Below are positions 52,027 through 61,508 of a stretch of 64,000 nucleotides of DNA, piece after piece. The stretch lies in NCBI GenBank assembly GCA_017404545.1, contig JAFRCC010000001.1:2335-66334 (forward strand). The letters run 5' to 3'. Both the position numbers and the translations under genes were made by a program. The DNA comes from Clostridia bacterium (lineage in GTDB: Bacteria > Bacillota > Clostridia > TANB77 > CAG-508). Below the pieces are notes generated by a model, which worked only from the letters and a program-made list of their open reading frames with translations, did no database searches and had not been told where the DNA came from. Position 1 is the first letter of the stretch. Each line of letters starts with the position of its first letter.

Positions 52027-52203
52027 ATGATGCTATCAGGAATTATTGCTATAATAGTACAAATTGCCATTATATACTTTTTACTAAAAGTTGCATTTAA
52101 GATTACAAAATTTTTAATTAAATTGGCATTTTATATTTTAGCATTAGCTATAGCGTTGAATGTACTACGCATTCTTGTAGCTACAATTTTGATTTTATTG
52201 TAG
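52027..52203 (+). CDS. small hydrophobic peptide (58 aa, two TM helices)
   Basis: ORF 52021-52203. GGGAG lies 5 nt before ATG 52027. The product is almost entirely Ile/Leu/Ala/Lys and has its own terminator. Confidence 0.55.
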   Translation: MMLSGIIAIIVQIAIIYFLLKVAFKITKFLIKLAFYILALAIALNVLRILVATILILL

Positions 52204-52227
52204 TAATTGACAGAGCAAAGTGCGAGA

Positions 52228-52258
52228 GGGTAACACAATTTTTGTGTTGCCCTTTTTG
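52228..52258 (+). terminator. intrinsic terminator
   Basis: GGGTAACACAA-TTT-TTGTGTTGCCC followed by T5. Confidence 0.85.
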
Positions 52259-52300
52259 TGCTTTTATTGATATAATGCAAAAAAATGAGGAGGTAAAAAT

Positions 52301-52681
52301 ATGTCTAGAGAATTTATTGTAAAAAAATGTATGAAATGTGGAGCGGTTGTTAAAGTATTTGAAGATTGCAACTGCCCAGGATGTGGGATAAGATGTTGTG
52401 ACGAGGAAATGAAAGTATTAGTTCCAAATTCAGTAGATGCATCTGCTGAAAAACATATTCCAACATACGAGGTAAAGGATGGAAAGATTTTTGTAAGAGT
52501 AAATCATATAATGGAAGAAGAACACTATATTGAATGGATTGCTATTGTATATGATGATCATGAGAAAATAACATATCTAAATCCAGGAGATGAGCCTGTT
52601 GCTCATTGCAAATATGTTCCTGGTTCTACAATATATGCATACTGCAATAAACATAGCTTATGGAAAGCAAATGTAGAATGA
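52301..52681 (+). CDS. dfx: desulfoferrodoxin (superoxide reductase)
   Basis: 126-aa ORF with an N-terminal Cys cluster (CMKCG ... CCDEEM) and an SOR domain (EKHIP, EEEHYIEWI, CNKHSLW). Confidence 0.9.
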   Translation: MSREFIVKKCMKCGAVVKVFEDCNCPGCGIRCCDEEMKVLVPNSVDASAEKHIPTYEVKDGKIFVRVNHIMEEEHYIEWIAIVYDDHEKITYLNPGDEPVAHCKYVPGSTIYAYCNKHSLWKANVE

Positions 52682-52812
52682 AAGAGGCAGATAGAGAATA
52701 CTATACTTTTTCAAATATTTAATCAATTGTTTTCTACCGAAGAGCTGAAATATGCTTTTTGGTAAAATTTTTTATATAACCATAAGAATCATAAGGAAAA
52801 CCAATACTCAAT

Positions 52813-52841
52813 TTGACATAAATCCAAGTATATGGTAAAAT
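52813..52841 (+). promoter_or_regulatory. sigma-A type promoter
   Basis: TTGACA (52813-52818), 17-nt spacer, TGgTAAAAT (TAAAAT at 52836-52841). Confidence 0.55.
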
Positions 52842-52895
52842 GAGATGATGCAGTTAACATAAACAAAATACCATGTTGTGTAAAGGAGAATTTAT

Positions 52896-54041
52896 ATGAG
52901 TAATATGGAAGAAAATAAAAGACCAGAGCATAGCAAGCCTTTGTTTTTTGTTAGTGATTTTCATGGTGTTTATGATGCTATGGATATTGTAAAAAGTAAA
53001 GTAGAAAATGGCAATAGTAGAGTGGTTATACTAGGAGATTGCATGGATCGTGGAAATGAAGGAATACGTATTCTATCAGAAATAAAAACAATGTCTGAAG
53101 AAGGAAAAGACATTATGTATATTCCAGGAAATCATGATGAAGCAATATACACAAAGTTTAGAAATTTTGTCGAAATGTATAGAATAAAAAGAGAAAGAAA
53201 TGAAATTACAAACGAACTAATGGAAGAATTGCAGTTAGCTCTTAGAAGTACCATTAATGCAGCAAGATTTGATGGGTTTGCAAAGGGAAATGGCCAATTG
53301 CCAACGTTAGAGGAAATAAAGAAAAAGTGTGAAACTATAGAAGGAGTAAAAGATTTTTTTGAAACTCTAATATGGCTTGAAGAGCAACCTCTACTTAGAA
53401 TTGAAGTTGATTGTGATGGAAGAAAAATTGCTATGGGACATGCTGCTTTTGATATGGAGTTATTTTCTATGGACGAACCATTAACTTTAAAATCAAAAAC
53501 TTTTATAGATAAAAGATATGATGAGTTAAAAAAGTCAGCACCTAATTCAAAAGAATTCGAGGATATAAAGAAAATGAATAAGAAAGCATTTGCATGTTTG
53601 TGGTATAGAAATCCAAATGATATGTACTCTTTTGACTTTGATAGGGTAGTTACATTACCAAATGAAACTGAAGCAGATGTTATAGTTGTGGGCCATACAC
53701 CAAAACAAATGGAAGTTTCTATAATTGGTGAAAATATAACAAGAAATGCTATTGATGTTGATGGTGGAACAGTAGAATGTTACTTATCTGGAAATGGAGA
53801 AATGTTAAAATTCGAACCATATAGGGAGAGCATACCAACTAAGGTAATGGTTCCTTCTTTTGTAATAGTCGGCAGAAAAGGAGCATATGAAAAATTAGAT
53901 TTAATGGATGAATACAGAGATGATTTTGCAGATTCTGAACAGAGCGAACAAGAAGATGATGATGTGAAAGTCTACATTCCTAAAAAACGAAAAAAATATA
54001 TAGATACTTCAGACCCTGATGAGGATTTTGGAGATATATGA
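52896..54041 (+). CDS. PPP-family metallophosphoesterase (Ser/Thr phosphatase-like) with an acidic C-terminal tail
   Basis: 381-aa ORF with the motifs SDFHG, GDCMDRGNEG, GNHDE and VGHTP. Confidence 0.85.
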   Translation: MSNMEENKRPEHSKPLFFVSDFHGVYDAMDIVKSKVENGNSRVVILGDCMDRGNEGIRILSEIKTMSEEGKDIMYIPGNHDEAIYTKFRNFVEMYRIKRERNEITNELMEELQLALRSTINAARFDGFAKGNGQLPTLEEIKKKCETIEGVKDFFETLIWLEEQPLLRIEVDCDGRKIAMGHAAFDMELFSMDEPLTLKSKTFIDKRYDELKKSAPNSKEFEDIKKMNKKAFACLWYRNPNDMYSFDFDRVVTLPNETEADVIVVGHTPKQMEVSIIGENITRNAIDVDGGTVECYLSGNGEMLKFEPYRESIPTKVMVPSFVIVGRKGAYEKLDLMDEYRDDFADSEQSEQEDDDVKVYIPKKRKKYIDTSDPDEDFGDI

Positions 54042-54060
54042 TTTGATGTGAAAGAAGAAG

Positions 54061-54098
54061 AGTCAGTTAAATAAAAATAACTGACTTTTTTCTTTTTT
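54061..54098 (+). terminator. intrinsic terminator
   Basis: AGTCAGTTA / TAACTGACT followed by a long T-run. Confidence 0.85.
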
Positions 54099-54211
54099 TA
54101 GTATAGGAAAGTTTTGCATTACTATTACGTAAATAATAATTTGAATATTTCTACAATATATGATAAAATACGCGAATAGAGCATCTATATATTTGTAAAG
54201 GAGGACTAGAT

Positions 54212-55135
54212 TTGTATTTTAAAAAAATTATAGAGGAAATTTGTAAAGAAGAAAATATAAAATTTAAAGCAATATCTAAAGATTGGATATTTGTTCTTGA
54301 AAAAAATGGTGTTACAAATTTTATTACGGGCTACAAATTTGGGATAAATAACCACGCTTTGGGAGAACTGTTAGATGATAAATATGCAACGTTTGAGTTA
54401 TTGAGAGAGCAAAATTTGCCAGTAATAAATCATAATATAGTATATGCTCCAACTAATAATAATGAATATGCTAAAGGCAATAACAGTATAGAATACCTAA
54501 AAGATCTTTTTACCAAATATAATAAAGACATAGTACTAAAAATAAATGATGGAACGTGTGGGGCAAATGTTGTGCATATAAAAGATGAAAAGACACTTGA
54601 AAGTCAATATGAAAAAATGAGTAACAAGTTTTTTTCTATGAGTATATGCCCATTTTACAATATTGAAAATGAGTATAGGGCCATAGTGTTAAATGGTAAT
54701 GTAGAGCTTTTATACAAGAAGATAAAGCCAGTTATAATCGGGGATGGAAAACATTCTATAAAAGAATTATTAAATGAGTTTAATTCAGATTACTTTAAAA
54801 ATAAAGACAAACCTGAATGGAATAAAATATTAAAAGATAATGAGAAATATGAATATGACTGGAGATACAACCTTGCCAAAGGTGCTAAGGCAGATAGAGA
54901 AATAGAGAGCCAGTTAAAGCAGAAGATTAGTATAATGGCAATAGAAATTGCTAAAAAAATAGGTTTAGGATTTGGAAGTATAGATATTATAAAAACTTCA
55001 GATAATGAGCTTTTTGTTATGGAAATAAATAGTGGCGTTATGATGGAAAATTTCATAAAGCAGATTCCAGAAGGATACAGCATAGCAAAAAAAATATATA
55101 CAAAAGTAATAAAAAGCTATAATTGGAACAAATAA
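54212..55135 (+). CDS. ATP-grasp domain protein
   Basis: 307-aa ORF with a TTG start 7 nt after AAGGAGG. The layout (KYATFELL ... VLKINDGTCG ... EYRAIVL ... VMEINSG) is typical of ATP-grasp ligases. Confidence 0.72.
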   Translation: MYFKKIIEEICKEENIKFKAISKDWIFVLEKNGVTNFITGYKFGINNHALGELLDDKYATFELLREQNLPVINHNIVYAPTNNNEYAKGNNSIEYLKDLFTKYNKDIVLKINDGTCGANVVHIKDEKTLESQYEKMSNKFFSMSICPFYNIENEYRAIVLNGNVELLYKKIKPVIIGDGKHSIKELLNEFNSDYFKNKDKPEWNKILKDNEKYEYDWRYNLAKGAKADREIESQLKQKISIMAIEIAKKIGLGFGSIDIIKTSDNELFVMEINSGVMMENFIKQIPEGYSIAKKIYTKVIKSYNWNK

Positions 55136-55244
55136 TGAACCAATTTATACATTATAAGGTCTATTATTATGTAGAGAGCTAAAGCATGAACTTGATTTTA
55201 CGAAATCGTATGATAAAATATAAAAAAATTCAAAGGAGGAAAAT

Positions 55245-55847
55245 ATGTTTGCATATTTAAAAGGAGTTTTTGATTCAAGAACGATGGATTATATCGTTAT
55301 TGATGTAAATGGAATAGGTTATAAAATTTTTATGTCAGAAAATTCTATGAAAGAAATTGGCGAAATTGGATCAATTGTGAAGGTACACACATATGTAAAA
55401 GTAAGAGAGGATGATATTAGTATATATGGATTCTCATCAGGAGAAGAGCTTAGAATGTTTGAGTTGCTAATTTCAGTTAGTGGAATAGGCGCAAAATCTG
55501 CGATAACAATACTATCTAATATTGAGCCATCAACTTTTGCTGCAGCGGTTGTATCGGATGATGTAAATATTTTAAAAAAATTACCAGGTGTTGGTGCAAA
55601 ATCTGCTCAAAGAATTATTTTAGAGTTAAAAGATAAGCTAAAATCAATGAATATTGATGAATCTGGAGCTACAAGTGATACTAACATAGAAATTATAAAT
55701 AATGACAATGTCGAAGATTTAATATCTGCTTTACAGGTTTTAGGTTATTCTCGTAAAGATATTGAGAATATAATTTCAAAGTTAGATATTAAAAATGAAA
55801 GTTTAGAAGACTTAATAAAAAAGGCACTTGTATTATTATCAAAGTAG
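55245..55847 (+). CDS. ruvA: Holliday junction DNA helicase subunit RuvA
   Basis: 200-aa ORF with MFAYLKG, GIGYKIF, GIGAKSA and LPGVGAKSAQRI (HhH motifs). Confidence 0.93.
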   Translation: MFAYLKGVFDSRTMDYIVIDVNGIGYKIFMSENSMKEIGEIGSIVKVHTYVKVREDDISIYGFSSGEELRMFELLISVSGIGAKSAITILSNIEPSTFAAAVVSDDVNILKKLPGVGAKSAQRIILELKDKLKSMNIDESGATSDTNIEIINNDNVEDLISALQVLGYSRKDIENIISKLDIKNESLEDLIKKALVLLSK

Positions 55848-55946
55848 TAAAATATATTGAAAAAACTCTTTTATTTTTTTATATTTTATAATATAATTTT
55901 AATGTGATTTGACACTAAAATTGAGTGTCAGAAAAGGAGTATATAA

Positions 55947-58661
55947 ATGGAAAAAAAGAAAAAAGGTAGATCAAGTGCTTCTGTGGGTAGCAATGTAGTA
56001 AGAAAAAAGCCTACAAGTGGCAAAAATACTAGGAATGTAAGACCTGCTGGAAGTAAAGTAAAAAAAAGCCGAAACGGAAAAGAAAAGAAGAAGATGTCTA
56101 AAATAAAAAAATTCTTTATCATAGTAGCTTTATTGTTTATACTTGTGATTCTTGTTGGTATTGGAATTTCTTGTGGAATTTTCTTTAGCGATAAATTTGC
56201 CTTATCAAGAGAAGATTTATTATTATCAAATGCAAATACAATTGTTTACGATAGAGATGGTAACGTTATAGCTGAGTTATCTGGTACAGAAACTAGAAAA
56301 ATAATAAGTTATGATGAAATGGCAAAATCATTACCAGATGCTTTTGTGGCAATTGAGGATGAAAGATTTTATCAACATAAAGGTGTTGATGTTAAAAGAA
56401 CTTTAGCAGCAACAACAACGTATTTACTTAAAGGTGATTCATCATTTGGTGGAAGTACAATTACTCAACAGCTTATAAAAAATATAACAAATGAAAGAGA
56501 GAATAGTGGTTCAGCAGGTGTTGAGAGAAAAATAAAAGAAATGTCTAGAGCATACCAAGTAGAAAAGATGATTTCAAAAAAGCAAATATTAGAGCTATAT
56601 TTGAATATCATACCGCTTGGGGCCGATGGTGGAGATATATGTGGTGTAGAAATGGCATCAACATATTATTTCGATAAATCAGCAAGTGAGTTATCAATAG
56701 AGGAATGCGCATTTATAGCAGGAATAAATAATGCACCAAATACGTATAATCCATTTAAAAACGAGGGAAATGATGAGAAACAAGCTCAAGTAATGAAAAA
56801 AATAAAGGATAGAACGGAAATTGTTTTAAGAAAGATGAAGGAGCTTGGATATATTACAGAGGACGAGTATAAAACCGCGTATCAAAACACAGAAAATGGA
56901 TTAAAATTTGATAAAGGCGAATTACCATCATCTACAATTAAAGATTACTTCATTGAAGCAGCCGTAGATAATGTTGTAAATGATTTAGTAGAGAAAAAGG
57001 GAATGAAATTAGAATATGCAAGGAATCGTGTGTATGGTGGTGGATACAAGATATATACAACAGAAGTAGCATCTGTACAAAATAGCTTATATGAAACATA
57101 TACAAGTGGCAATTATCAATTAACATCTAGTGAATCAGAAACTCATTCTCAATCTGCGATGGTTGTAATTGATCATACAACAGGTCAAGTTGTTGGATGT
57201 ATGGGAGGTTTGGGCGATGATGTTGATGCAATAGGTATTAATAGAGCAGTAGATACAAGAAGACAAACAGGATCATCAATAAAACCAATTGTTACTTATG
57301 GTTTTGGAATAGAAAGCGGAACTATAACACCAGCAACAGTATATAATGATGAAAGAACATCTTTTGGAAGTTATGAGCCAAAAAATGATAGTGGTGGATT
57401 TTCAGGGTATATTACAGTAAGAAACGCAATTGAGCGTTCTGTAAACATAGTTGCATGTAAAATTATGTCTGAGCTTGGACCAGATAATGCGATAGATTTT
57501 GCAAGAAAATGCGGAATAAGTTCACTGGTTAAATCTAGTGAAAATGCAAAGAATAATGATTCTAACTTAGCTGCAATGGCCCTTGGTGGACAGACACAAG
57601 GTGTAAGCGTATTAGAAATGGCCGGAGCATATGCAATGATTGCAAACAATGGTGTATATATTTCACCAACCTTCTATACGAAAGTTGAGGATTCATCAGG
57701 TAATGTTGTAATTGAAGCAGAGCAAGAAACAGAAAGAGTTATGACAGAGCAACATGCTTATATTATGAAAACATTGTTAAAGCAACCAGTTGAAGGAGGT
57801 TCAGGTACAGCTAAGGTTTGTAGAATGGAAGATTTTGATGTTGGAGCTAAAACCGGTACAACCAACAAAAAGAAAGATAACTGGCTATGTGGTATGACTC
57901 AATATTATACAGGTGCTGCATGGTATGGATATGATAATGGTACTCCAATTAATGGTAGTGGAAACAACGCTGCAAAGTTATGGGCAGAAGCCATGAAGAA
58001 AATTCATAAAGATTTGGCACCAGCAGAGTTTTCAGAGCCAAGCGGAATTGTTAAGTTATCAGTTTGTAGAACAACAGGTAAGAGGGCTTCAAGTTCATGT
58101 TCAGACACATATATGGAATATTTTGTTGAAGGGGAAGAGCCAAGTTATTGTGAAGGCCATTCATCAATAAAAGTTTGTAGAGAATCCGGACTTGTAGCAA
58201 CAGAAAATTGTCCAGATACTTATTATTACAGCTTTGCTCCAGAAAAGGAGAGAAATCCAAGTTGGAAGACGGATGGCTCGTATTCAACGGCTCCGTCAGA
58301 AACTTGTACAATTCATACTAGTGGGTCAGTAACAAATGTAAATCCAACCACAGGAACAGAAGAGCCAGTAACAACAACAGATGTGGTAGTTCCAAATGTT
58401 ATTGGATTAACAGAAGTTGAAGCAAGAAGACAATTATCTGGGTTAACAGTTATAGTTGTAACTACAAGTGATGCTAGCAAACAAGATGGTGTAGTTATTT
58501 CACAAAGCTTTGCTGCTAATTCTGTAGTTGAAAAGAATGCTAAAATAAAAATAACAATTAATAAAAAGCCAGCTGCTGAGAAACCAGAGGAACCAACTGA
58601 ACCGACGGAGCCAACTGAGCCAGCTGAAGGTGGTAATACAACAGTAATAGAAGTCCCATAA
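55947..58661 (+). CDS. class A penicillin-binding protein (glycosyltransferase + transpeptidase + PASTA)
   Basis: 904-aa ORF with a basic cytoplasmic N-terminus and a TM helix. Motifs: GT51 (EDERFYQHKGVD, GGSTITQQ), transpeptidase (SSIKP, KTGTT). A PASTA-like domain is followed by a PEEPTEPTEPTEP tail. Confidence 0.95.
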   Translation: MEKKKKGRSSASVGSNVVRKKPTSGKNTRNVRPAGSKVKKSRNGKEKKKMSKIKKFFIIVALLFILVILVGIGISCGIFFSDKFALSREDLLLSNANTIVYDRDGNVIAELSGTETRKIISYDEMAKSLPDAFVAIEDERFYQHKGVDVKRTLAATTTYLLKGDSSFGGSTITQQLIKNITNERENSGSAGVERKIKEMSRAYQVEKMISKKQILELYLNIIPLGADGGDICGVEMASTYYFDKSASELSIEECAFIAGINNAPNTYNPFKNEGNDEKQAQVMKKIKDRTEIVLRKMKELGYITEDEYKTAYQNTENGLKFDKGELPSSTIKDYFIEAAVDNVVNDLVEKKGMKLEYARNRVYGGGYKIYTTEVASVQNSLYETYTSGNYQLTSSESETHSQSAMVVIDHTTGQVVGCMGGLGDDVDAIGINRAVDTRRQTGSSIKPIVTYGFGIESGTITPATVYNDERTSFGSYEPKNDSGGFSGYITVRNAIERSVNIVACKIMSELGPDNAIDFARKCGISSLVKSSENAKNNDSNLAAMALGGQTQGVSVLEMAGAYAMIANNGVYISPTFYTKVEDSSGNVVIEAEQETERVMTEQHAYIMKTLLKQPVEGGSGTAKVCRMEDFDVGAKTGTTNKKKDNWLCGMTQYYTGAAWYGYDNGTPINGSGNNAAKLWAEAMKKIHKDLAPAEFSEPSGIVKLSVCRTTGKRASSSCSDTYMEYFVEGEEPSYCEGHSSIKVCRESGLVATENCPDTYYYSFAPEKERNPSWKTDGSYSTAPSETCTIHTSGSVTNVNPTTGTEEPVTTTDVVVPNVIGLTEVEARRQLSGLTVIVVTTSDASKQDGVVISQSFAANSVVEKNAKIKITINKKPAAEKPEEPTEPTEPTEPAEGGNTTVIEVP

Positions 58662-58728
58662 TTTATGATATTATAAGGTGAAAACACTGGAATATTACTT
58701 CTAGTGTTTTCATTTTTTAGAGGTATAT

Positions 58729-59517
58729 ATGAAAAGAAAAAATTTATTTATAAATCAAGTAATAGATAGTATTAAGAATTTCGATTCATACAAGGAAATA
58801 AGTGAATGTAAAGTATTAAATAGTTTTATATACTTTCTTCTTTTAATCTTAATTTATGCAATTATATCTACAATTGGTATAACATATAAAACTAATGCTA
58901 AAATTAAAAATGCACAGAATTTTATAAGGGATGAAATTAGTAGTATAAGTTATAATGATGGAATTTTAAGTGTAAATGGCGATGAATATTCTTCATATTA
59001 CGGCAATTACTTAATAATTGATACATCAGAAAATGCTAATATAGAAGACTACAATGCAAGTATGATTTTTGGGAAAAGAAATTTTTACATTAAGGTTGAG
59101 CAGAACATGATGAAATTTTCATATAGTAACTTTTTCAATCAGAATGTAGACAAGGATACGATAGTTGAAGCTTTAAACTCAGATAATTATACAGCTTTAA
59201 TAATTATTGTTTCTTTAGTTGGAGCATTCATAGTATTGTCAATATCAACATTACTTGATATACTTGTAATTGCAGTAATTGGTTTTATAATATCAGAGAT
59301 AATCGGTAATAATAAAATTAAATTTAAAAATGCATTTAACATAGCAGTACATGCAGTTACACTTTCGGTAATTCTAGGTATGGTATACTTCTTAGTTAAT
59401 ACTTTTACAGGGTTCTATGTAAAATATTTTTCTACAATGTATACATTACTTGCAACAATTTATATGGTTACAGCAGTTATATTAATAAATGCTGAAGACA
59501 ATAGTAACAATAGCTAA
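58729..59517 (+). CDS. DUF1189-like membrane protein
   Basis: 262-aa ORF. The topology (one N-terminal helix, soluble insert, 3-4 C-terminal helices) and the N-terminal pattern resemble DUF1189. Assignment is from memory. Confidence 0.6.
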   Translation: MKRKNLFINQVIDSIKNFDSYKEISECKVLNSFIYFLLLILIYAIISTIGITYKTNAKIKNAQNFIRDEISSISYNDGILSVNGDEYSSYYGNYLIIDTSENANIEDYNASMIFGKRNFYIKVEQNMMKFSYSNFFNQNVDKDTIVEALNSDNYTALIIIVSLVGAFIVLSISTLLDILVIAVIGFIISEIIGNNKIKFKNAFNIAVHAVTLSVILGMVYFLVNTFTGFYVKYFSTMYTLLATIYMVTAVILINAEDNSNNS

Positions 59518-59537
59518 GTACTTATGAAGGGAGAAAA

Positions 59538-61361
59538 ATGATGAGTTCAAACGAAAACAAAAAAAATGGCAAGAGCAATAAAAAGGGCAATAGGGGAAAA
59601 ATTACTTTAATTGCATTAATTATTGTAGCAATGGTTGCTGCAATAGTGTATGGTGTGGTTCAGTATAGTAAATCTCAAAAAGAAAAAGAAGAAAAAACTT
59701 TGGCATATACAAAACTTGTAACTGACATGCAAGAAGATAAAGTTGAAAAAATTGAGATGAAAACGAAGAGCGATACAGTAAAAATTAAAATAAAAGATGA
59801 TGAAAAGGAGTATGAAGCAATAGTTCCAGAAAGTGAAGCTTTTATTGAGTTTGTTCAAGAGCAGATAAAAGAAGGAAAAACTATTGAATTAGTCCAAAAA
59901 GAAGAAAGTCCGTTATTAGCCGTTGGGGAGAAAATATTATCATTATTACCTACACTTTTACTAATAGTATTTGTTATATTACTTTTCCAAATGCAAGGTT
60001 TAGGTGAGAAAGGTAAAGTTTATGATGCAACTACTGCTAAGACTAAGACAACGTTTAAAGATATAGCAGGTCTTGATGAAGAGAGACAAGAAATGGTAGA
60101 AATAGTAGATTTTCTAAAAAAACCTAAGAAATTTCAGGAGATGGGAGCAAAAGTACCTAGAGGTGTTTTGTTATGTGGTAATCCTGGAACTGGAAAGACA
60201 TTAATTGCAAAAGCAATTGCCGGTGAAGCAGATGTTCCATTTATTTCCATGAGTGGTTCTGAATTTATAGAAATGTTTGCTGGTCTTGGCGCTTCAAGAG
60301 TTAGAAAATTATTTGAAAAAGCAAGAAAAATTGCACCATGTATAGTTTTTATAGATGAGATTGATGCAATTGGTTCAAGAAGAACTACTTCAAGCGGTGC
60401 TGAAAGCGAGAATAATCAAACTTTAAATCAATTATTAGTTGAGATGGATGGTTTTGATACAGAAGAAGCAATAATAGTTCTAGCTGCTACAAATAGACCT
60501 GAAATGCTTGATAAAGCTTTATTAAGACCGGGAAGATTTGATAGGCAAATAATGATTGGACTACCTGATTTAAACGGAAGAGAAGAAATATTAAAGATAC
60601 ATGCAAAGAATAAGAAAATTTCTTCTAATGTTAATTTAAGAAGTATAGCTGAAGACACAGCTGGATTTACAGGTGCGGAACTTGCAAATATTTTAAACGA
60701 AGCAGCTATAATTGCAACAATAAAAAGTCATGATGCTATAACAAACAGAGATATAGAAGATGCAGTAAAAAAAGTAACTGTTGGTATTGAAAAACATAGC
60801 CGAGTTGTTTCAGATAAGGACAAACGTTTAACTGCATTTCATGAGGCCGGACATGCAATTGTTAGTAGATATTTAGAAACACAAAAAGATATAAAAGAAG
60901 TATCTATAATACCAAGAGGTGTTGCAGGTGGATATACAATGTATAAGACAAATGAAGACAAGTTCTATGTTTCGAAACAAGAAATGCTTGAAAAATTAAT
61001 TGCTTTACTAGGTGGTAGAGCTGCAGAAAAAATAGCTTTAGATGATATATCAACAGGTGCAAGTAATGATATAGAGGTTGCAACTCAGATTGCAACAGAC
61101 ATGGTTACTATTTATGGAATGAGTGATATAGTAGGACCAATATATGTTAATGCAGAGAAGGATCCATATCAAATGCAGTTACTTGGCGAAAAATTTGAAG
61201 ATTCTGTAGGATCAGAAATTAAGCTTTTAATTGATAATGCATATTATCAAGCTAAAAAATTAGTATCAGAGCATATGGATAAGCTTGAACTTGTTGCAAA
61301 TGCTTTAATGGAAAAAGAAATAATCTCAGCTGAAGAATTTGAGAGCTTCTTTGAGGAATAA
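59538..61361 (+). CDS. ftsH: ATP-dependent zinc metalloprotease FtsH
   Basis: 607-aa ORF with Walker A GNPGTGKT, the SRH region and the zinc site HEAGHA. Confidence 0.97.
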   Translation: MMSSNENKKNGKSNKKGNRGKITLIALIIVAMVAAIVYGVVQYSKSQKEKEEKTLAYTKLVTDMQEDKVEKIEMKTKSDTVKIKIKDDEKEYEAIVPESEAFIEFVQEQIKEGKTIELVQKEESPLLAVGEKILSLLPTLLLIVFVILLFQMQGLGEKGKVYDATTAKTKTTFKDIAGLDEERQEMVEIVDFLKKPKKFQEMGAKVPRGVLLCGNPGTGKTLIAKAIAGEADVPFISMSGSEFIEMFAGLGASRVRKLFEKARKIAPCIVFIDEIDAIGSRRTTSSGAESENNQTLNQLLVEMDGFDTEEAIIVLAATNRPEMLDKALLRPGRFDRQIMIGLPDLNGREEILKIHAKNKKISSNVNLRSIAEDTAGFTGAELANILNEAAIIATIKSHDAITNRDIEDAVKKVTVGIEKHSRVVSDKDKRLTAFHEAGHAIVSRYLETQKDIKEVSIIPRGVAGGYTMYKTNEDKFYVSKQEMLEKLIALLGGRAAEKIALDDISTGASNDIEVATQIATDMVTIYGMSDIVGPIYVNAEKDPYQMQLLGEKFEDSVGSEIKLLIDNAYYQAKKLVSEHMDKLELVANALMEKEIISAEEFESFFEE

Positions 61362-61368
61362 TTGTGAT

Positions 61369-61411
61369 AAAGACATGAAATGCTTGTAGTTATAGTGTTT
61401 CATGTCTTTTG
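61369..61411 (+). terminator. intrinsic terminator
   Basis: 12-bp stem AAAGACATGAAA / TTTCATGTCTTT. Confidence 0.85.
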
Positions 61412-61508
61412 TATGGAAAAGAATTTATTGGAATTTTGAAAAATATCTTGTAGAAAAATGATAAAAGATGTAGAATAATCAGTGTATAGAATAAAATAGG
61501 AGGGGAAC

